Shown here: positions 19,884 through 30,199 of the stretch, one piece after another | How the letters are laid out: each line of letters begins with the position of its first letter | Position numbering within the stretch: the first letter of the stretch is position 1 | DNA from: Nitrospirota bacterium | GTDB taxonomy: Bacteria > Nitrospirota > UBA9217 | NCBI GenBank assembly: GCA_963754875.1 | Contig: CAVWHO010000017.1 | Location: 64,001 to 128,000, forward strand | Direction: 5' to 3' | Length of the DNA: 64,000 nucleotides | The notes under the pieces: model-generated | What the model saw: only the letters and a program-made list of their open reading frames with translations | Told to the model about the DNA's origin: nothing | Databases searched by the model: none | Position numbers and translations under genes: made by a program

Positions 19884-19948
19884 CTCCGACAGGGGCAATG
19901 GCTGCATTCGCGCGAATCAGGAACACGCCCGCAAAATGAGGGGCGGTC

Positions 19949-20926
19949 TTACCTCACGAGGTATTCAAGAATATACTTGAGCGCAAGGGAAACGATCATG
20001 GCCCCCAGCATGAGTTTGATGAATTTTTGGGGCACGTATTTCTGGAGCCGGGCGCCGATATACATGCCGGCAAAGCCGCCGGCGCCGAACAACGATCCGA
20101 GAAACCAATCCGGTGTTACGGCAACGCCACCCGGTCCGGGCAGGAGGCTGTAGAAAAAAATTCCCACGATCGAGGTGAGGAACGTTCCGAGCAGAGCAGC
20201 GCCGGCCACGGTATAGACCGGCAGGTTGAACACCGCCACGCAGAACGGCGCGATGATTGCTCCGCCGCCGATACCGTAGGTGCCGCCGATAATACCCACG
20301 AAAAAAGCCAGCAGGAACATGGCCGGTACGCTGAACCGGAACCGTTCGCCCCAGAATTCGTATTCGATGGAATTGAGATTAAAGGTGATCGTCTTGACCA
20401 CTGCGTCGGCAGGGAGCCCGGCGGCTGCCTGTGAATGGCGCTGCTCCCTGATTCGCTTGACCTGTTCGGAGAACTTGTTGTCCAACTCCCGCAACCCCGC
20501 TTTACTCGCCTGTGCTTTTCCGGTCATTTCGTATAAGAGCCTGCCGCCGACGTACAGGAGCACGATACCGACAAAGAGCTTGAACGTGCGCGGATCGGGG
20601 AGATAGAAAACCCGGAGATAGTAGCCGATGAAGACGCCCGGCAGCGTCCCAACGATGATCACCCATGCGAGCGGCCATGCCATGCGGCCTTCCTTGAAGT
20701 ATTGGAATATGCCGCTCGGGATCGCAACAATGTTGTAGACGAAATTCGTGGAGCTGACTGCGGGGCTGGTAAAGCCGAGAACACTCATCTGGTACGGCAG
20801 CAGAAGGAAGGCCCCGGACACACCGCCCATGGACGTGCATGTCGATACCACGAGCGCTACGAGCGGCGGGAGGAAAACCCAGGTCTTCACCCCGGACAGC
20901 GGGAACAGAACGTACATGCTTTCCAT
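19949..20926 (-). CDS. TauE/SafE (sulfite exporter) family membrane protein
   Basis: TSMGGVSGAFLLLP and GGTYGIGGGAIIAPF repeats; about 8 TM helices. Confidence 0.88.
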   Translation of the reverse strand: MESMYVLFPLSGVKTWVFLPPLVALVVSTCTSMGGVSGAFLLLPYQMSVLGFTSPAVSSTNFVYNIVAIPSGIFQYFKEGRMAWPLAWVIIVGTLPGVFIGYYLRVFYLPDPRTFKLFVGIVLLYVGGRLLYEMTGKAQASKAGLRELDNKFSEQVKRIREQRHSQAAAGLPADAVVKTITFNLNSIEYEFWGERFRFSVPAMFLLAFFVGIIGGTYGIGGGAIIAPFCVAVFNLPVYTVAGAALLGTFLTSIVGIFFYSLLPGPGGVAVTPDWFLGSLFGAGGFAGMYIGARLQKYVPQKFIKLMLGAMIVSLALKYILEYLVR

Positions 20927-21325
20927 TGCGGCTACTATAGCATAAAATAACCATGATGAGAATACCCTGCGAACCGGCAGCATACCAGTGCGGCAAAAAG
21001 GTACGCTTAGGAAGTTGTTGGCAGAAGTTGGTCAGCCGTTCTGAATATCAAAATGGGGTATTGAGGAAATTAGCATGCAAGCGGATCCAAGGCGATGAAA
21101 TGAGGTCGCTTTGTCACGCTAAAGAAAAAAATGTTTCTGACGATAAGAAGGGTAAGTTTAGGTACGGGATGGTTACACCTGACGGCTATTGATTCTATTG
21201 ATGCAGATGCCAAACTCGATCTCAACTGTTCGTTGCGAGGGCGTGATGCAAATCACCGCACGATTTCGGACGAAAGGGGCGGTTTTTCCAGTCCATTAAA
21301 ATATTGTAACACGAAAATTAAATGT

Positions 21326-21353
21326 TTGACCTGGGTTCCAATTTTGATATAAT
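21326..21353 (+). promoter_or_regulatory. sigma70 promoter (extended -10) upstream of sigma factor gene
   Basis: TTGACC(21326)-16 nt-TATAAT(21348), with TGn extension. Confidence 0.7.
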
Positions 21354-21365
21354 TGAAATCAGGGA

Positions 21366-22754
21366 GTGAGGAAAGGCAGGAAGAGCAGCGATATGACGAA
21401 AGTGGCATTATCAGAAGAAAAGCAAGAGTATCCCGAAGGCGGGGTGCCTGAAGATGTTCTAGACGAACTTGCCGACGAGCTGGCCGAGGAAGAAGAGGAA
21501 GAAGAGCCTTCTCCGGTCGAGATCGCAGAAGCCGCGGAGGAAGTCGGTGGAGGAGCGGACCTCGTCGATACCTACCTCAAGTCCGTGGGCCGATTCCCGA
21601 TGCTCAAGATCGAAGAGGAGCAGGAATACGTGCGCGTGCTCGAAGAGGGTAAGGCCGCGCTCAAGTTTATTGCCCTGAGCTCTCCGCTCGCGATACCGAG
21701 GATACTCGCCTTGGGTGCGAACATCAAGCAGGGGTTCGTAAAGGCCCAGGATGTTCTGCGTTTTCCCGGTGAATGGAGGGATGCTTTCGAGGCGGATTTC
21801 ATGCGCCTCTACAACCGGTTGAAGCGACAGGTCGCGCGGCGCGACATGGAGCGCGCGACTGGTACGCTCAACGAAATGAGTCTCTCGTTCCGGGAAATCG
21901 AGAAGATGCTCAAAAAACTTTCTACTTTGGCAAAACAGGCCGAGCGCGGGAACACGGCTGAACTGGAAAAACTCGGAATCGATGAGCCGTCGCTCAGGGA
22001 CATGGTCAGGCGCATCGAGCAGGAGGACGTGAGAGTAAAATATGCCAAGGACGAACTGATCAAGGCCAACCTGAGGCTGGTCGTCTCGATCGCGAAGAAA
22101 TACGTGAACCGCGGGCTGACCCTGCTCGATCTCATCCAGGAGGGCAACATCGGGCTCATGAAGGCCGCGGACCGGTACGAATCCGGCAAGGGAACCAAGT
22201 TCAGCACCTATTCCACGTGGTGGATCAGGCAGCGCATCACGCGCGCCATCCTGGATCAGGCCCGCACGATCCGCCTTCCTGTACATCTGATCGAAGAAAG
22301 CACGCGCATCAGCCGTATTTATACCAAGTTCATGCGGGAAAAGGGGAGGGAGCCTTCACCGGAAGAAGTGTCCAAGATAATGGGCCTGTCCGTGGTGCGG
22401 GTGAACGAGATCCTCCGCGCGATCCAGGAGCCGGTGTCCCTCGAAACGCCGATCCTATCGGAGGAGAAGGAACTCAAGGACGTTATTATCGACGAAAAGT
22501 CAGTGTCTCCTTTCAAGACGCTGGAGAACAACGAGGCGTCCAATCGCATCGAGCAGGTGCTGTCGTCTCTCACGGATCGGGAAGAAAAGATCATCAGGAT
22601 GCGGTTCGGCATCGGCGTGGGGAGCGAACACACACTGGAAGAGGTCGGTAAATACTTCAACCTTACCCGGGAACGGATCCGGCAGATCGAGATAAAGGCA
22701 TTGAAAAAATTGCGGCATCCCGCCCGCAGCAAGTTGTTGAGGGAATACGTATAG
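21366..22754 (+). CDS. RpoD/SigA-like sigma-70 factor (probably a non-primary paralogue)
   Basis: ANLRLVVSIAKKY, DLIQEGNIGLMKA, TWWIRQ, TLEEVG..FNLTRERIRQIE; no dnaG upstream; alternative start ATG 21393. Confidence 0.93.
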   Translation: MRKGRKSSDMTKVALSEEKQEYPEGGVPEDVLDELADELAEEEEEEEPSPVEIAEAAEEVGGGADLVDTYLKSVGRFPMLKIEEEQEYVRVLEEGKAALKFIALSSPLAIPRILALGANIKQGFVKAQDVLRFPGEWRDAFEADFMRLYNRLKRQVARRDMERATGTLNEMSLSFREIEKMLKKLSTLAKQAERGNTAELEKLGIDEPSLRDMVRRIEQEDVRVKYAKDELIKANLRLVVSIAKKYVNRGLTLLDLIQEGNIGLMKAADRYESGKGTKFSTYSTWWIRQRITRAILDQARTIRLPVHLIEESTRISRIYTKFMREKGREPSPEEVSKIMGLSVVRVNEILRAIQEPVSLETPILSEEKELKDVIIDEKSVSPFKTLENNEASNRIEQVLSSLTDREEKIIRMRFGIGVGSEHTLEEVGKYFNLTRERIRQIEIKALKKLRHPARSKLLREYV

Positions 22755-22952
22755 CGTCGTTCGGTAATCGGTAAAGAAAAAAGGGAAGGAATGGATCGTG
22801 TCAATTTCGGGCAGAGCTCGGAGTGACACGATTTTTTTGTCCTTTAACGGCAGCGAGAACCAGGACAAAGAGGGTTGTACCGGGAAATAGTTTCGGACGC
22901 TGAAGCAGCGGATCAAAAACGGAAGGTTTTTTACGGACTCGTCGCTTGCCTG

Positions 22953-23399
22953 TTAATCGTCGGAATGCGGTATGAATTCGATGTCGGCGATGATGCCCGT
23001 CGCTTCATCCAGGTAGGGCATGTCTTGATCAGGGCTGCTGATATAAGCGGCCATGAGAGCATGGGTCCTGTCAACGAGGAACCATATCCTCCAGTGCGTC
23101 AGTTCCTCCTTTTCCTTAAACGTATAGTCAAGGATGGCACTCCCCGTGTCTCCCCTGTCTTCCACCTTTATTGCCTCCCGGGGAAAGGGAATGTCCCGCT
23201 CTTCAAGGGTGTCTTCAAGCAATGTCTTGGCCGCTTCTCCGGGAGGCAATTTCGTATCATCCCGCTCCATGAACGTCAGTTGTATCATTCCCGGCCAGCC
23301 TTCTTTTTCAAGCAAAATATAGCCCATTTCCTCCCGCTCGGTCCAGCCGTCGGGAAGGAAAAGATTAATCCAGCGTTCGTATGTCACTTTTTTTCCCAT
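22953..23399 (-). CDS. hypothetical protein (PsbP/DUF3805-like pattern)
   Basis: LFLPDGW N-terminus, HWRIWF, acidic composition. Confidence 0.6.
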   Translation of the reverse strand: MGKKVTYERWINLFLPDGWTEREEMGYILLEKEGWPGMIQLTFMERDDTKLPPGEAAKTLLEDTLEERDIPFPREAIKVEDRGDTGSAILDYTFKEKEELTHWRIWFLVDRTHALMAAYISSPDQDMPYLDEATGIIADIEFIPHSDD

Positions 23400-23466
23400 G
23401 GGGCCATTGTAACGGAGGGGGGAGGGGCAGTCAAATGAGTTTCGCAAATAGGGATGAAAAAACTGT

Positions 23467-23994
23467 TTATATGTGCCACAACTGCTTCAGGACATTTAAA
23501 ATCGTGCCTGCATTCGCTTCGGCAGACTCCCGGCAATCCAGGACAAGCTCGGCGTTTTCCGGAGGTTCATAGGCACTTTGCAGACCGGGGACGGTTGAAG
23601 CTTTTCCCCTCGCGGCATTGCGATAAATACCCTTGGGGTCGCGTTTGATGCAGACTTCCAGGGGGCACCGGATATAGACCTCGATGAATCGGGGAATGAG
23701 CGAACGGGCGTGATCCCGATAGGCTCTTCTATTTGCAGTGGCGTCGAAAATCACGTTGACGCCGTTTTTCGTAATGACGGACCCGAGCGATGCCAGCGTC
23801 TTATAGAACCAATCGCGTTCGGAATCTTCATAGGTCGCGTGGGGGGTCAGGATCGTACGCATGACATCGGACTCCAGCACGACCAGCGACAAGCGATGGC
23901 CCTCCATCATTCTTACCAGCTCCCGCGTGACTGAGCTCTTGCCCGAGGCCGGCATCCCCGTTATCCAGATTGCGAAGCCGCTTTGGGTGCTCAT
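23467..23994 (-). CDS. adenylyl-sulfate kinase-like P-loop kinase
   Basis: IWITGMPASGKS, FIEVYIRCPLEVCIKRDPKGIY, PGLQSAYEPPENAEL. Confidence 0.85.
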   Translation of the reverse strand: MSTQSGFAIWITGMPASGKSSVTRELVRMMEGHRLSLVVLESDVMRTILTPHATYEDSERDWFYKTLASLGSVITKNGVNVIFDATANRRAYRDHARSLIPRFIEVYIRCPLEVCIKRDPKGIYRNAARGKASTVPGLQSAYEPPENAELVLDCRESAEANAGTILNVLKQLWHI

Positions 23995-25076
23995 CGGAGG
24001 TACCTGTTCACGTCTTCGGGATCAAATCGTTCCGCTGCCAGAACATTCTCAATAAAATTGAATATAGATTTTCTTACTGCCGATGAAAGATGGGGATACC
24101 AGACCGGGCTCGCGATCACCAGCCCGCGCCAGGCGAGGAAGGGCGCTATTACTTCGAGCATTTCGTTGTCTTTGGTCCTGGCCAGGTAGCACTCCCAGAA
24201 GAGCCGGAACATTTTTTCAAAGTCGCCTTCCAGTTTGTTGGAGCGCTGGAGAGAGAAGAAGAGGTAGTTGATGGTCATGGTGGCAGCGTCGTCGGCAGGC
24301 TCCCCCCACTCCCCGCGCGAGCGGTCAAGCACCGTGAAGTCCGTGCCCTCCCGAAACAGGATGTTCCAGGGGTGGAAATCACCATGGACGCGGCAGAGGC
24401 GGTGGGAACGGTCCTTGATGCGCCAGCGCCACTCCACACAGCTCATCTCCGTCCTCCGCAGATAGGTGTCGTCGATAGCCTCTACCTTTTTGGGATAATT
24501 ATCGATCAGTCCCATGATGCATTCCCCGTGGCCGAGGAGGTCGCGGATGCGGCGGGTGTAGAGGGCGGGCGCGTCCAGCTTTTGTGCGTGGACCAGGACG
24601 AGATAGTCGGCAAGCGCCCGCACCCTGTCCGTGTCCATCACGGTTGCCGATCCTTTGTCCCTGATCCTCTCCAGGTCCTTGAAATATCCGGAGCCGGCCA
24701 CAAATTCAGTGAGCAGAAAAAATTCTTCGGTCCTGCCCGTTGAGATCATCGCGCCGGAATCAAGGAACGCGCCGCTGTCGAGGGAGCGAACATGGCGGGG
24801 AAGGTTGTTGAAGGCCCGGTGTTCCCAGAGGATTGCCTGGGCCCGGTCTGCATAGTGGTCATGACCGAAGGTGGACGGCGCCATGGTCTCGAGCACTGCC
24901 TTTTTGCGCTCTCCGGCTACCTCATATTCAAGAAACAGCGGAGAACCGTAACCGAATCCCTTGAGGTCGTCTCCTTCCTCTTGCGCACCATGGCCGGTCA
25001 TCGAGATCAGACGGATCTGTTTTTTGTAAAGGGACTCGAGGTAATCCTTGACAGCTTGCATGGATATCGTGGGCAT
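23991..25076 (-). CDS. APH/choline-kinase-like phosphotransferase
   Basis: VHGDFHPWNILF catalytic loop, VLDRSRGEWGEP; 4-nt overlap with kinase gene. Confidence 0.85.
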   Translation of the reverse strand: MPTISMQAVKDYLESLYKKQIRLISMTGHGAQEEGDDLKGFGYGSPLFLEYEVAGERKKAVLETMAPSTFGHDHYADRAQAILWEHRAFNNLPRHVRSLDSGAFLDSGAMISTGRTEEFFLLTEFVAGSGYFKDLERIRDKGSATVMDTDRVRALADYLVLVHAQKLDAPALYTRRIRDLLGHGECIMGLIDNYPKKVEAIDDTYLRRTEMSCVEWRWRIKDRSHRLCRVHGDFHPWNILFREGTDFTVLDRSRGEWGEPADDAATMTINYLFFSLQRSNKLEGDFEKMFRLFWECYLARTKDNEMLEVIAPFLAWRGLVIASPVWYPHLSSAVRKSIFNFIENVLAAERFDPEDVNRYLR

Positions 25077-25176
25077 AGATCCCTCGTTGGCGGGTATGCA
25101 TGAAAGGACTTGTTTTCTCTTATTGTACCATGAATTTGAAAGATCGGAGGGACGGGAGCAAGAGGAAAGCCCGGTT

Positions 25177-26178
25177 TTATCCATCTGCTCCGACTTGTTT
25201 CAAACGGGTATCATGAATCGGAAGGGGTTCGCCCGGGTCAAAGACCTCATTGTTGTACTGGATGGGGTAGGAGCGGCCGGGAACGTGTTTGCTGTACGTT
25301 ATGATGAGGCGACCGATGGTCTGCTTGATTTCCTGCGTGGGGTATCCGGTCAGCAGGGCCACGGGACCGGGGAAACCGTGGGGGACAAAGAGCCGATAGC
25401 CGTGGGGCGCCATCGAGAGCAGCATGGTGTTTTCTTCGTTATCGCGGCCAAGGACGATTTTTACACCTGAATCCATCCGGTAATGGCGGCCGATGGTCAG
25501 CAGCTGGACATCTTCGGGCGTGACCGCCTGCTTGTCCTCGAACAGGTCGCGCAGCTTTTCCGCAAAATTCTTGTCCGTAAGCAGGCACCCTCCGGCCGGT
25601 GTGGAGTATCCCCGGATGCCGAAGCGTTCCGCGAGCTGGAGCTGGACCGTCCGCGATCTGCCGCTGATGCCTAAGAGTTTGTCGCGCTGGACCAGCCCGG
25701 AAAGCTCGGCTCGCGTGGGTTGCAGAAGCGTGGCCGAGAGCGGCCGGAGGATCATGCCGCGCATGTCGGCATCGCGTTCGATCACGTCCAACGCGTCGCG
25801 CCTCTGCGACATGGGCCGTTGGCCCAGGACCTCGCCGGTGACCACGAAGGAGGCATTCACTTCCCGCATGACGTCTTTGGCCCTCTTCAGCATGTATATT
25901 TTGCAGTCGATGCAGGGGTTGACGTGCTTGCCGTAACCGTGGGCGGGATTGCGGACCAGATCGATATACTCCCGGCCCATGTCCAGAACGCGGAGGTCGA
26001 TCCCGGCGGCCTTCGAAACGCGGGCAGCATGGGTGTTTCCCTCATTTCCGTAGCTCTTGGAAAAGGCAGACGTAAAATAGAGCCCGATGACATCGAAGCC
26101 CTGGTCCATCACTACTTTTGCCGCCAAGATGCTGTCCAACCCGCCTGAAATAAGGGCGACTGCCTGTTTATTTGCCAC
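25177..26178 (-). CDS. ThiI/MnmA-like PP-loop tRNA thiolation protein (no THUMP domain)
   Basis: ALISGGLDS PP-loop, NPCIDCK, TGEVLGQRPMSQ, PAGGCLLTD; GTG start with RBS AGGGAGG. Confidence 0.85.
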   Translation of the reverse strand: MANKQAVALISGGLDSILAAKVVMDQGFDVIGLYFTSAFSKSYGNEGNTHAARVSKAAGIDLRVLDMGREYIDLVRNPAHGYGKHVNPCIDCKIYMLKRAKDVMREVNASFVVTGEVLGQRPMSQRRDALDVIERDADMRGMILRPLSATLLQPTRAELSGLVQRDKLLGISGRSRTVQLQLAERFGIRGYSTPAGGCLLTDKNFAEKLRDLFEDKQAVTPEDVQLLTIGRHYRMDSGVKIVLGRDNEENTMLLSMAPHGYRLFVPHGFPGPVALLTGYPTQEIKQTIGRLIITYSKHVPGRSYPIQYNNEVFDPGEPLPIHDTRLKQVGADG

Positions 26179-26345
26179 TGGTCCTCCCTTGCCCGAAATG
26201 GACGCCGTATTATAAATCTCTGCCTGCGGTTTTTGCAAGAGGGAAGAGCGGTTTCCCCGCGTTAATCAAATATCCGTTTCTGCGGCGTCAGAATGCGAAA
26301 AAGGGTATAATTATTACAAAAAGAGAGATTCAGGGAGGGCAGCAT

Positions 26346-26879
26346 ATGGCCAGATGGATGATCGACGGGGATCACTCCTGTGCTGCATTTGCGATCAGGC
26401 ACCTGGCCCTCGCGCATGTGCGGGGCCAGTTCAGCAGCATGAAGGGGACGATCCATTTTGATCCTGCTGACAAGTCCCGGGTGTCAGTAGAGGTGGAGAT
26501 TGATGTTGCGAGCGTCAATACGGGAATAAAGAAACGGGACGAGCACCTGCTGACGGGAGATTTCTTCGACCAGGAGAAATACCCAACTATCAGGTTCACC
26601 AGCAGTTCCGTTGATTTTCTCGGCCAGAACCGCTGCCGCATCAGCGGCATGCTCACGATGCATGGTACGACGAGGCAGGTCACGTTCGAAGGAGAATATG
26701 CGGGCCCGAAAAAAAATCCCTACGGCGACGAGACCACAGTCGGTTTTTCCGGCACCACTACGGTGAACCGCGAGGATTTCGGGATCATGTGGGGAAGCGA
26801 GCCCATGGAGGGCGGCGGGTTGGTTGCAGGAAAGGAAGTGCAGATCTTTCTCGACGTGGAGGCCGATCTAGCCGAATAA
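26346..26879 (+). CDS. YceI-family protein
   Basis: WMIDGDHS..FAIRHL...VRGQF, RDEHL...DFFD.EKYPTIRF. Confidence 0.92.
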   Translation: MARWMIDGDHSCAAFAIRHLALAHVRGQFSSMKGTIHFDPADKSRVSVEVEIDVASVNTGIKKRDEHLLTGDFFDQEKYPTIRFTSSSVDFLGQNRCRISGMLTMHGTTRQVTFEGEYAGPKKNPYGDETTVGFSGTTTVNREDFGIMWGSEPMEGGGLVAGKEVQIFLDVEADLAE

Positions 26880-26932
26880 TCCCGGTCCGCTTGACCAGCG
26901 GACCGCGTATGGTATATCGTTGGAGCTCAGTA

Positions 26933-26964
26933 AGAAGGCCACTTGCTTTTGTGTGGCCTTTTTT
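26933..26964 (+). terminator. intrinsic terminator-like hairpin
   Basis: AAGGCCAC-loop-GTGGCCTT followed by a T run. Confidence 0.55.
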
Positions 26965-26989
26965 ATCAAATGTCGGGGAGGAACCATCC

Positions 26990-27535
26990 ATGCGCCGGGC
27001 GAAAAAAGAGATACAAGACAGGACCATCCTCATTGGCCTTCTGGAGACGTGTCATGTCGGCAGGCTCGGGACCGTCGGCAAGGACGGCTATCCCCTGGTG
27101 AAACCGCTCAACTTCTCTTATGACGACGGAAAAATCTATTTTCACAGCGCCCGGGAAGGGGAGAAGATCGACGACATCAAACGTGACAACCGCACCTGCT
27201 TCGAGGTCGACCTGCCGATAGCGCTGGTGAAGAGCAAGGGGGTCCCCTGCAAAGCCGAATATCTGTACCGGAGCGTGATCGCAAAGGGAAGGGCGCACAT
27301 CGTCGATGATCCGGCGGAGCGGCTCGCGGCGCTCCGTGGGCTCATGGAAAAATACCAGCCCGAGGGGGGCTACGGGGAGTTTCCGGAAGAAAAAACAGCT
27401 ATTACCGGCATCGTTCGGATCGATATTGAAGAGATGACGGGCAAGGAAGATCTCGGCAGCGAAGGCTTGAAGGACGCGGTGATGAAAGCATTGGAGGAAA
27501 ACGCGCAGCTGCCGATCATCCTCGAACGGGAATGA
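26990..27535 (+). CDS. pyridoxamine-5'-phosphate oxidase-like (NimA-type) flavin-binding protein
   Basis: MRRAKKEI, GRLGT...PLNFSY..IYFHSAREGEK, YRSVIAKG, MTGK. Confidence 0.9.
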   Translation: MRRAKKEIQDRTILIGLLETCHVGRLGTVGKDGYPLVKPLNFSYDDGKIYFHSAREGEKIDDIKRDNRTCFEVDLPIALVKSKGVPCKAEYLYRSVIAKGRAHIVDDPAERLAALRGLMEKYQPEGGYGEFPEEKTAITGIVRIDIEEMTGKEDLGSEGLKDAVMKALEENAQLPIILERE

Positions 27536-27583
27536 GGCGGAGCGCTTCCGGGGCACATGCCCCTGAGTCACTCTGCACGGTGA

Positions 27584-27808
27584 TCAGGCCGTTGCCGTCC
27601 CGGAGGTGATGTCTTGCATGTACTGATAGTAACCGCATTTTTTACAGCTCCCGACTTTCTGGGAAAACGTACCTTGCGGTTTACCGCCGCACATGGTGCC
27701 CGCAATTATCCAGCATACATCTCCTGCTTTTTTTTCCACCGCAGCACAATCTTTCGTTATATCCCTGCCGCATTTCATGAATTCCCAGCAGTTCAGTATG
27801 CCACTCAT
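27584..27808 (-). CDS. small Cys-rich 'two-CW' domain protein
   Basis: NCWEFMKC...C......G..CWIIAGTMCGG..QGTF..K...CKKCGYY. Confidence 0.8.
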   Translation of the reverse strand: MSGILNCWEFMKCGRDITKDCAAVEKKAGDVCWIIAGTMCGGKPQGTFSQKVGSCKKCGYYQYMQDITSGTATA

Positions 27809-27932
27809 ATTCTTTCTCCCTAATGAACGAATTATTTGACCTGTCGTGACCGCACCCGGTAACGATCCCTTTAAAATGAACATGCCTGACAAAGAGCACG
27901 AGTGCCGCCGTAAACATTTGATATCCGCTGCA

Positions 27933-28769
27933 TTATTCTATGGCTATTCCTTCCAACAACGTTCCTTTGATGAAGTCCCTGATGAGCTCCTGCTCTGATG
28001 TTCCGATCTTCAGAAATTTCACTCCTATGCCCGGCTGTTTCTTGCCGTTACCGATGTGACTGTAGAGGACCTCTCCCTCGATCCTGAAGACCCAGCCCGG
28101 CGCGGTGGGAAGAAAAAAAGTGAATGGATGGACACTCCCGGAGGCCAGCGGACTGTCCGTATTCACGAACATTCCCTTTTCTGAGATTGCGGTTATATAG
28201 TCGCGCCTGCCTTTCCTGTTGGTCGGCAGGCCGTCTCCGACGATGACATCGAGATACGTTGTAAGCCGGACAAAACGGCGGGGCTTCGTCTCTGTTGCTT
28301 TCTGGAGCGCCACATACAACTCGTCTAAAGGGGCTGCGTGAGTCAGGTAGGCGGCGCAACCGGCCTCCGTGCAGCATTGTTTGACAAGGGGATCCTTGTT
28401 CGAAGTACAAACGAGAAACGGGATGTCCTGCGAGCGGCGGTTTTGTTTCACGTTTTTTAAAAGGTCTACGCCGTTCATCCCCGGCAGGTCAACATCGGCT
28501 ATGATGGCCAACGGAACGGACAAGGTCAGGAAGGTCAGGGCGTCTTCGGCGGTTTTTGTCGTGATGACGTGATATTTAAGCCGCTGAAGAAAGATGCTCG
28601 TATAAAATTGACGCATGGGTTTATTGTCGACGATGAGAATGAGCTGCTGCGTTGTCCCCGCCCGTTCTTTTTTTGCGCTTCCCGCGCGCATCGTCTTGAG
28701 CCAGGAGGAAATTTCCCGATAATTTTTCCCGGGAAGATTTGCCGCCCCGGTCTGTGATTGGGCATCCAT
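27933..28769 (-). CDS. response regulator receiver-PilZ protein
   Basis: receiver ILIVDN...IADVDLPGMNG; PilZ-like PRRFVR...ISEKGMFV...GIGVKF. Confidence 0.85.
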   Translation of the reverse strand: MDAQSQTGAANLPGKNYREISSWLKTMRAGSAKKERAGTTQQLILIVDNKPMRQFYTSIFLQRLKYHVITTKTAEDALTFLTLSVPLAIIADVDLPGMNGVDLLKNVKQNRRSQDIPFLVCTSNKDPLVKQCCTEAGCAAYLTHAAPLDELYVALQKATETKPRRFVRLTTYLDVIVGDGLPTNRKGRRDYITAISEKGMFVNTDSPLASGSVHPFTFFLPTAPGWVFRIEGEVLYSHIGNGKKQPGIGVKFLKIGTSEQELIRDFIKGTLLEGIAIE

Positions 28770-28977
28770 ACTAAGCCACCTCGAGATTGGATTGGGTTCG
28801 AGCCTCAGGCCTGAAAAAGCATTTTCTCGAAACTCGATACGTGGTGATACGTGAAGAGCAACACTAAATATATTATTTTTATTGGGCTCCTTCAATACCC
28901 CGGTAAGGGTATTTTTAGGGTAGAAGGAAGGCAACCAATTTTCTTTTGGACGAGAGAAAGGGCAGAATGTTGCAGTT

Positions 28978-29631
28978 CTATGCGTTTTTTACAGTCTTCG
29001 AAAGCATGTCCGCGCAGCGGATCGGCTCGGGGATGCGGTAATTGCCGAGGCAGGAAAGGGCCAGACGGACAGCGGACTTCACATCGGTCTTGTGGCCGGG
29101 GGATACAAAGAGCGGCCGCACATTGTCCCTGGTTCTTACAACCGCTCCGATGATCTTGTCCTCAACAAAAAGCGGCGACGAGTTGCCCTTCCTGTTTCCC
29201 GGCTCCTCATAACCGCCGATAAGCCTCGATTTGGCGCAGCCGACCGTCGGCATGTCCAGCAGCACGCCGATGTAGGAAGCGATTCCGAATTGCCGCGGAT
29301 GCGCGATGCCTTGCCCGTCCACCAAGATGAGGTCGGGATTGCGCGATAACGATTCAAGCGCCGCAATGATGGCAGGCCCTTCCCGAAACGCAAGGAAACC
29401 GGGCACGTAGGGGAAGCGGAGTTTCCGTACGGCAGTTTTGCGCTCGATGAGCGTGAGCCCGGGAAAGCTGAAGAGGCAGGCGGCTGCAAAGACACGGTCA
29501 GCTGAAAAGGCCGCATCAACGCCTGCGACGAAGCGCGGTTCCTGCTTCACGGGCGAGAGCCGCACCTTTTTCCTAAGGCGCTCCTGCTGGCTACGCGCTT
29601 CTTGAATGGTTATTGTCTTCGGCCACTTCAT
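28978..29631 (-). CDS. nfi: endonuclease V
   Basis: VAGVDAAF, FPYVPGFLAFRE, LVDGQGIAHPRQFGIAS, GCAKSRL, YRIPEP. Confidence 0.95.
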   Translation of the reverse strand: MKWPKTITIQEARSQQERLRKKVRLSPVKQEPRFVAGVDAAFSADRVFAAACLFSFPGLTLIERKTAVRKLRFPYVPGFLAFREGPAIIAALESLSRNPDLILVDGQGIAHPRQFGIASYIGVLLDMPTVGCAKSRLIGGYEEPGNRKGNSSPLFVEDKIIGAVVRTRDNVRPLFVSPGHKTDVKSAVRLALSCLGNYRIPEPIRCADMLSKTVKNA

Positions 29632-29734
29632 GACTATGCCGCCTCTCCGTGCGATATAATTATATTATACTCCTGCAGATTGAGCAGCTTCCTCTGCGAG
29701 ATACAGGCGATGCACGGCACGGGAGGTGATTTTC

Positions 29735-30199
29735 ATGTTTCTCTATCTTGTCCAGCACGGTGAAGCAAAGAGAGAAGACGAAGACCCGGCGCGGGGGCTT
29801 ACGGAAAAGGGAGGAGCGGACGTTCGCAAGGCGGCTCTTTTTTTACAAGGCAAGAACCTTTCACTCAGCCGGGTATTTCACAGCAACAAGACCCGTGCCA
29901 AAGAGACTGCCCGGATATTTGCCGATCAGCTGAAACCGGTAAAGGGAGTTTACGAGTCCGGGGATCTCGCTCCCCTGGACGACCCGGAGATATGGGCCAA
30001 GCGCATCGCGGGGATGGAGGAGGACATCATGCTGGTCGGCCATCTCCCGTTCATGGCAAGGCTGGCAGGGCTTCTCTTGTGCAGCGAAAAAGAGAAGCCG
30101 CTGATCAGCTTCAAGATGGGTGGGGTTGTTTGTCTTGCGCGATCCGAAGACGGGCGATGGACCGTGGAGTGGATGATTGTTCCGGATATATTGGGATAA
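29735..30199 (+). CDS. sixA: phosphohistidine phosphatase SixA
   Basis: LYLVQHGEA, RAKETA, MLVGHLP motifs. Confidence 0.88.
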   Translation: MFLYLVQHGEAKREDEDPARGLTEKGGADVRKAALFLQGKNLSLSRVFHSNKTRAKETARIFADQLKPVKGVYESGDLAPLDDPEIWAKRIAGMEEDIMLVGHLPFMARLAGLLLCSEKEKPLISFKMGGVVCLARSEDGRWTVEWMIVPDILG

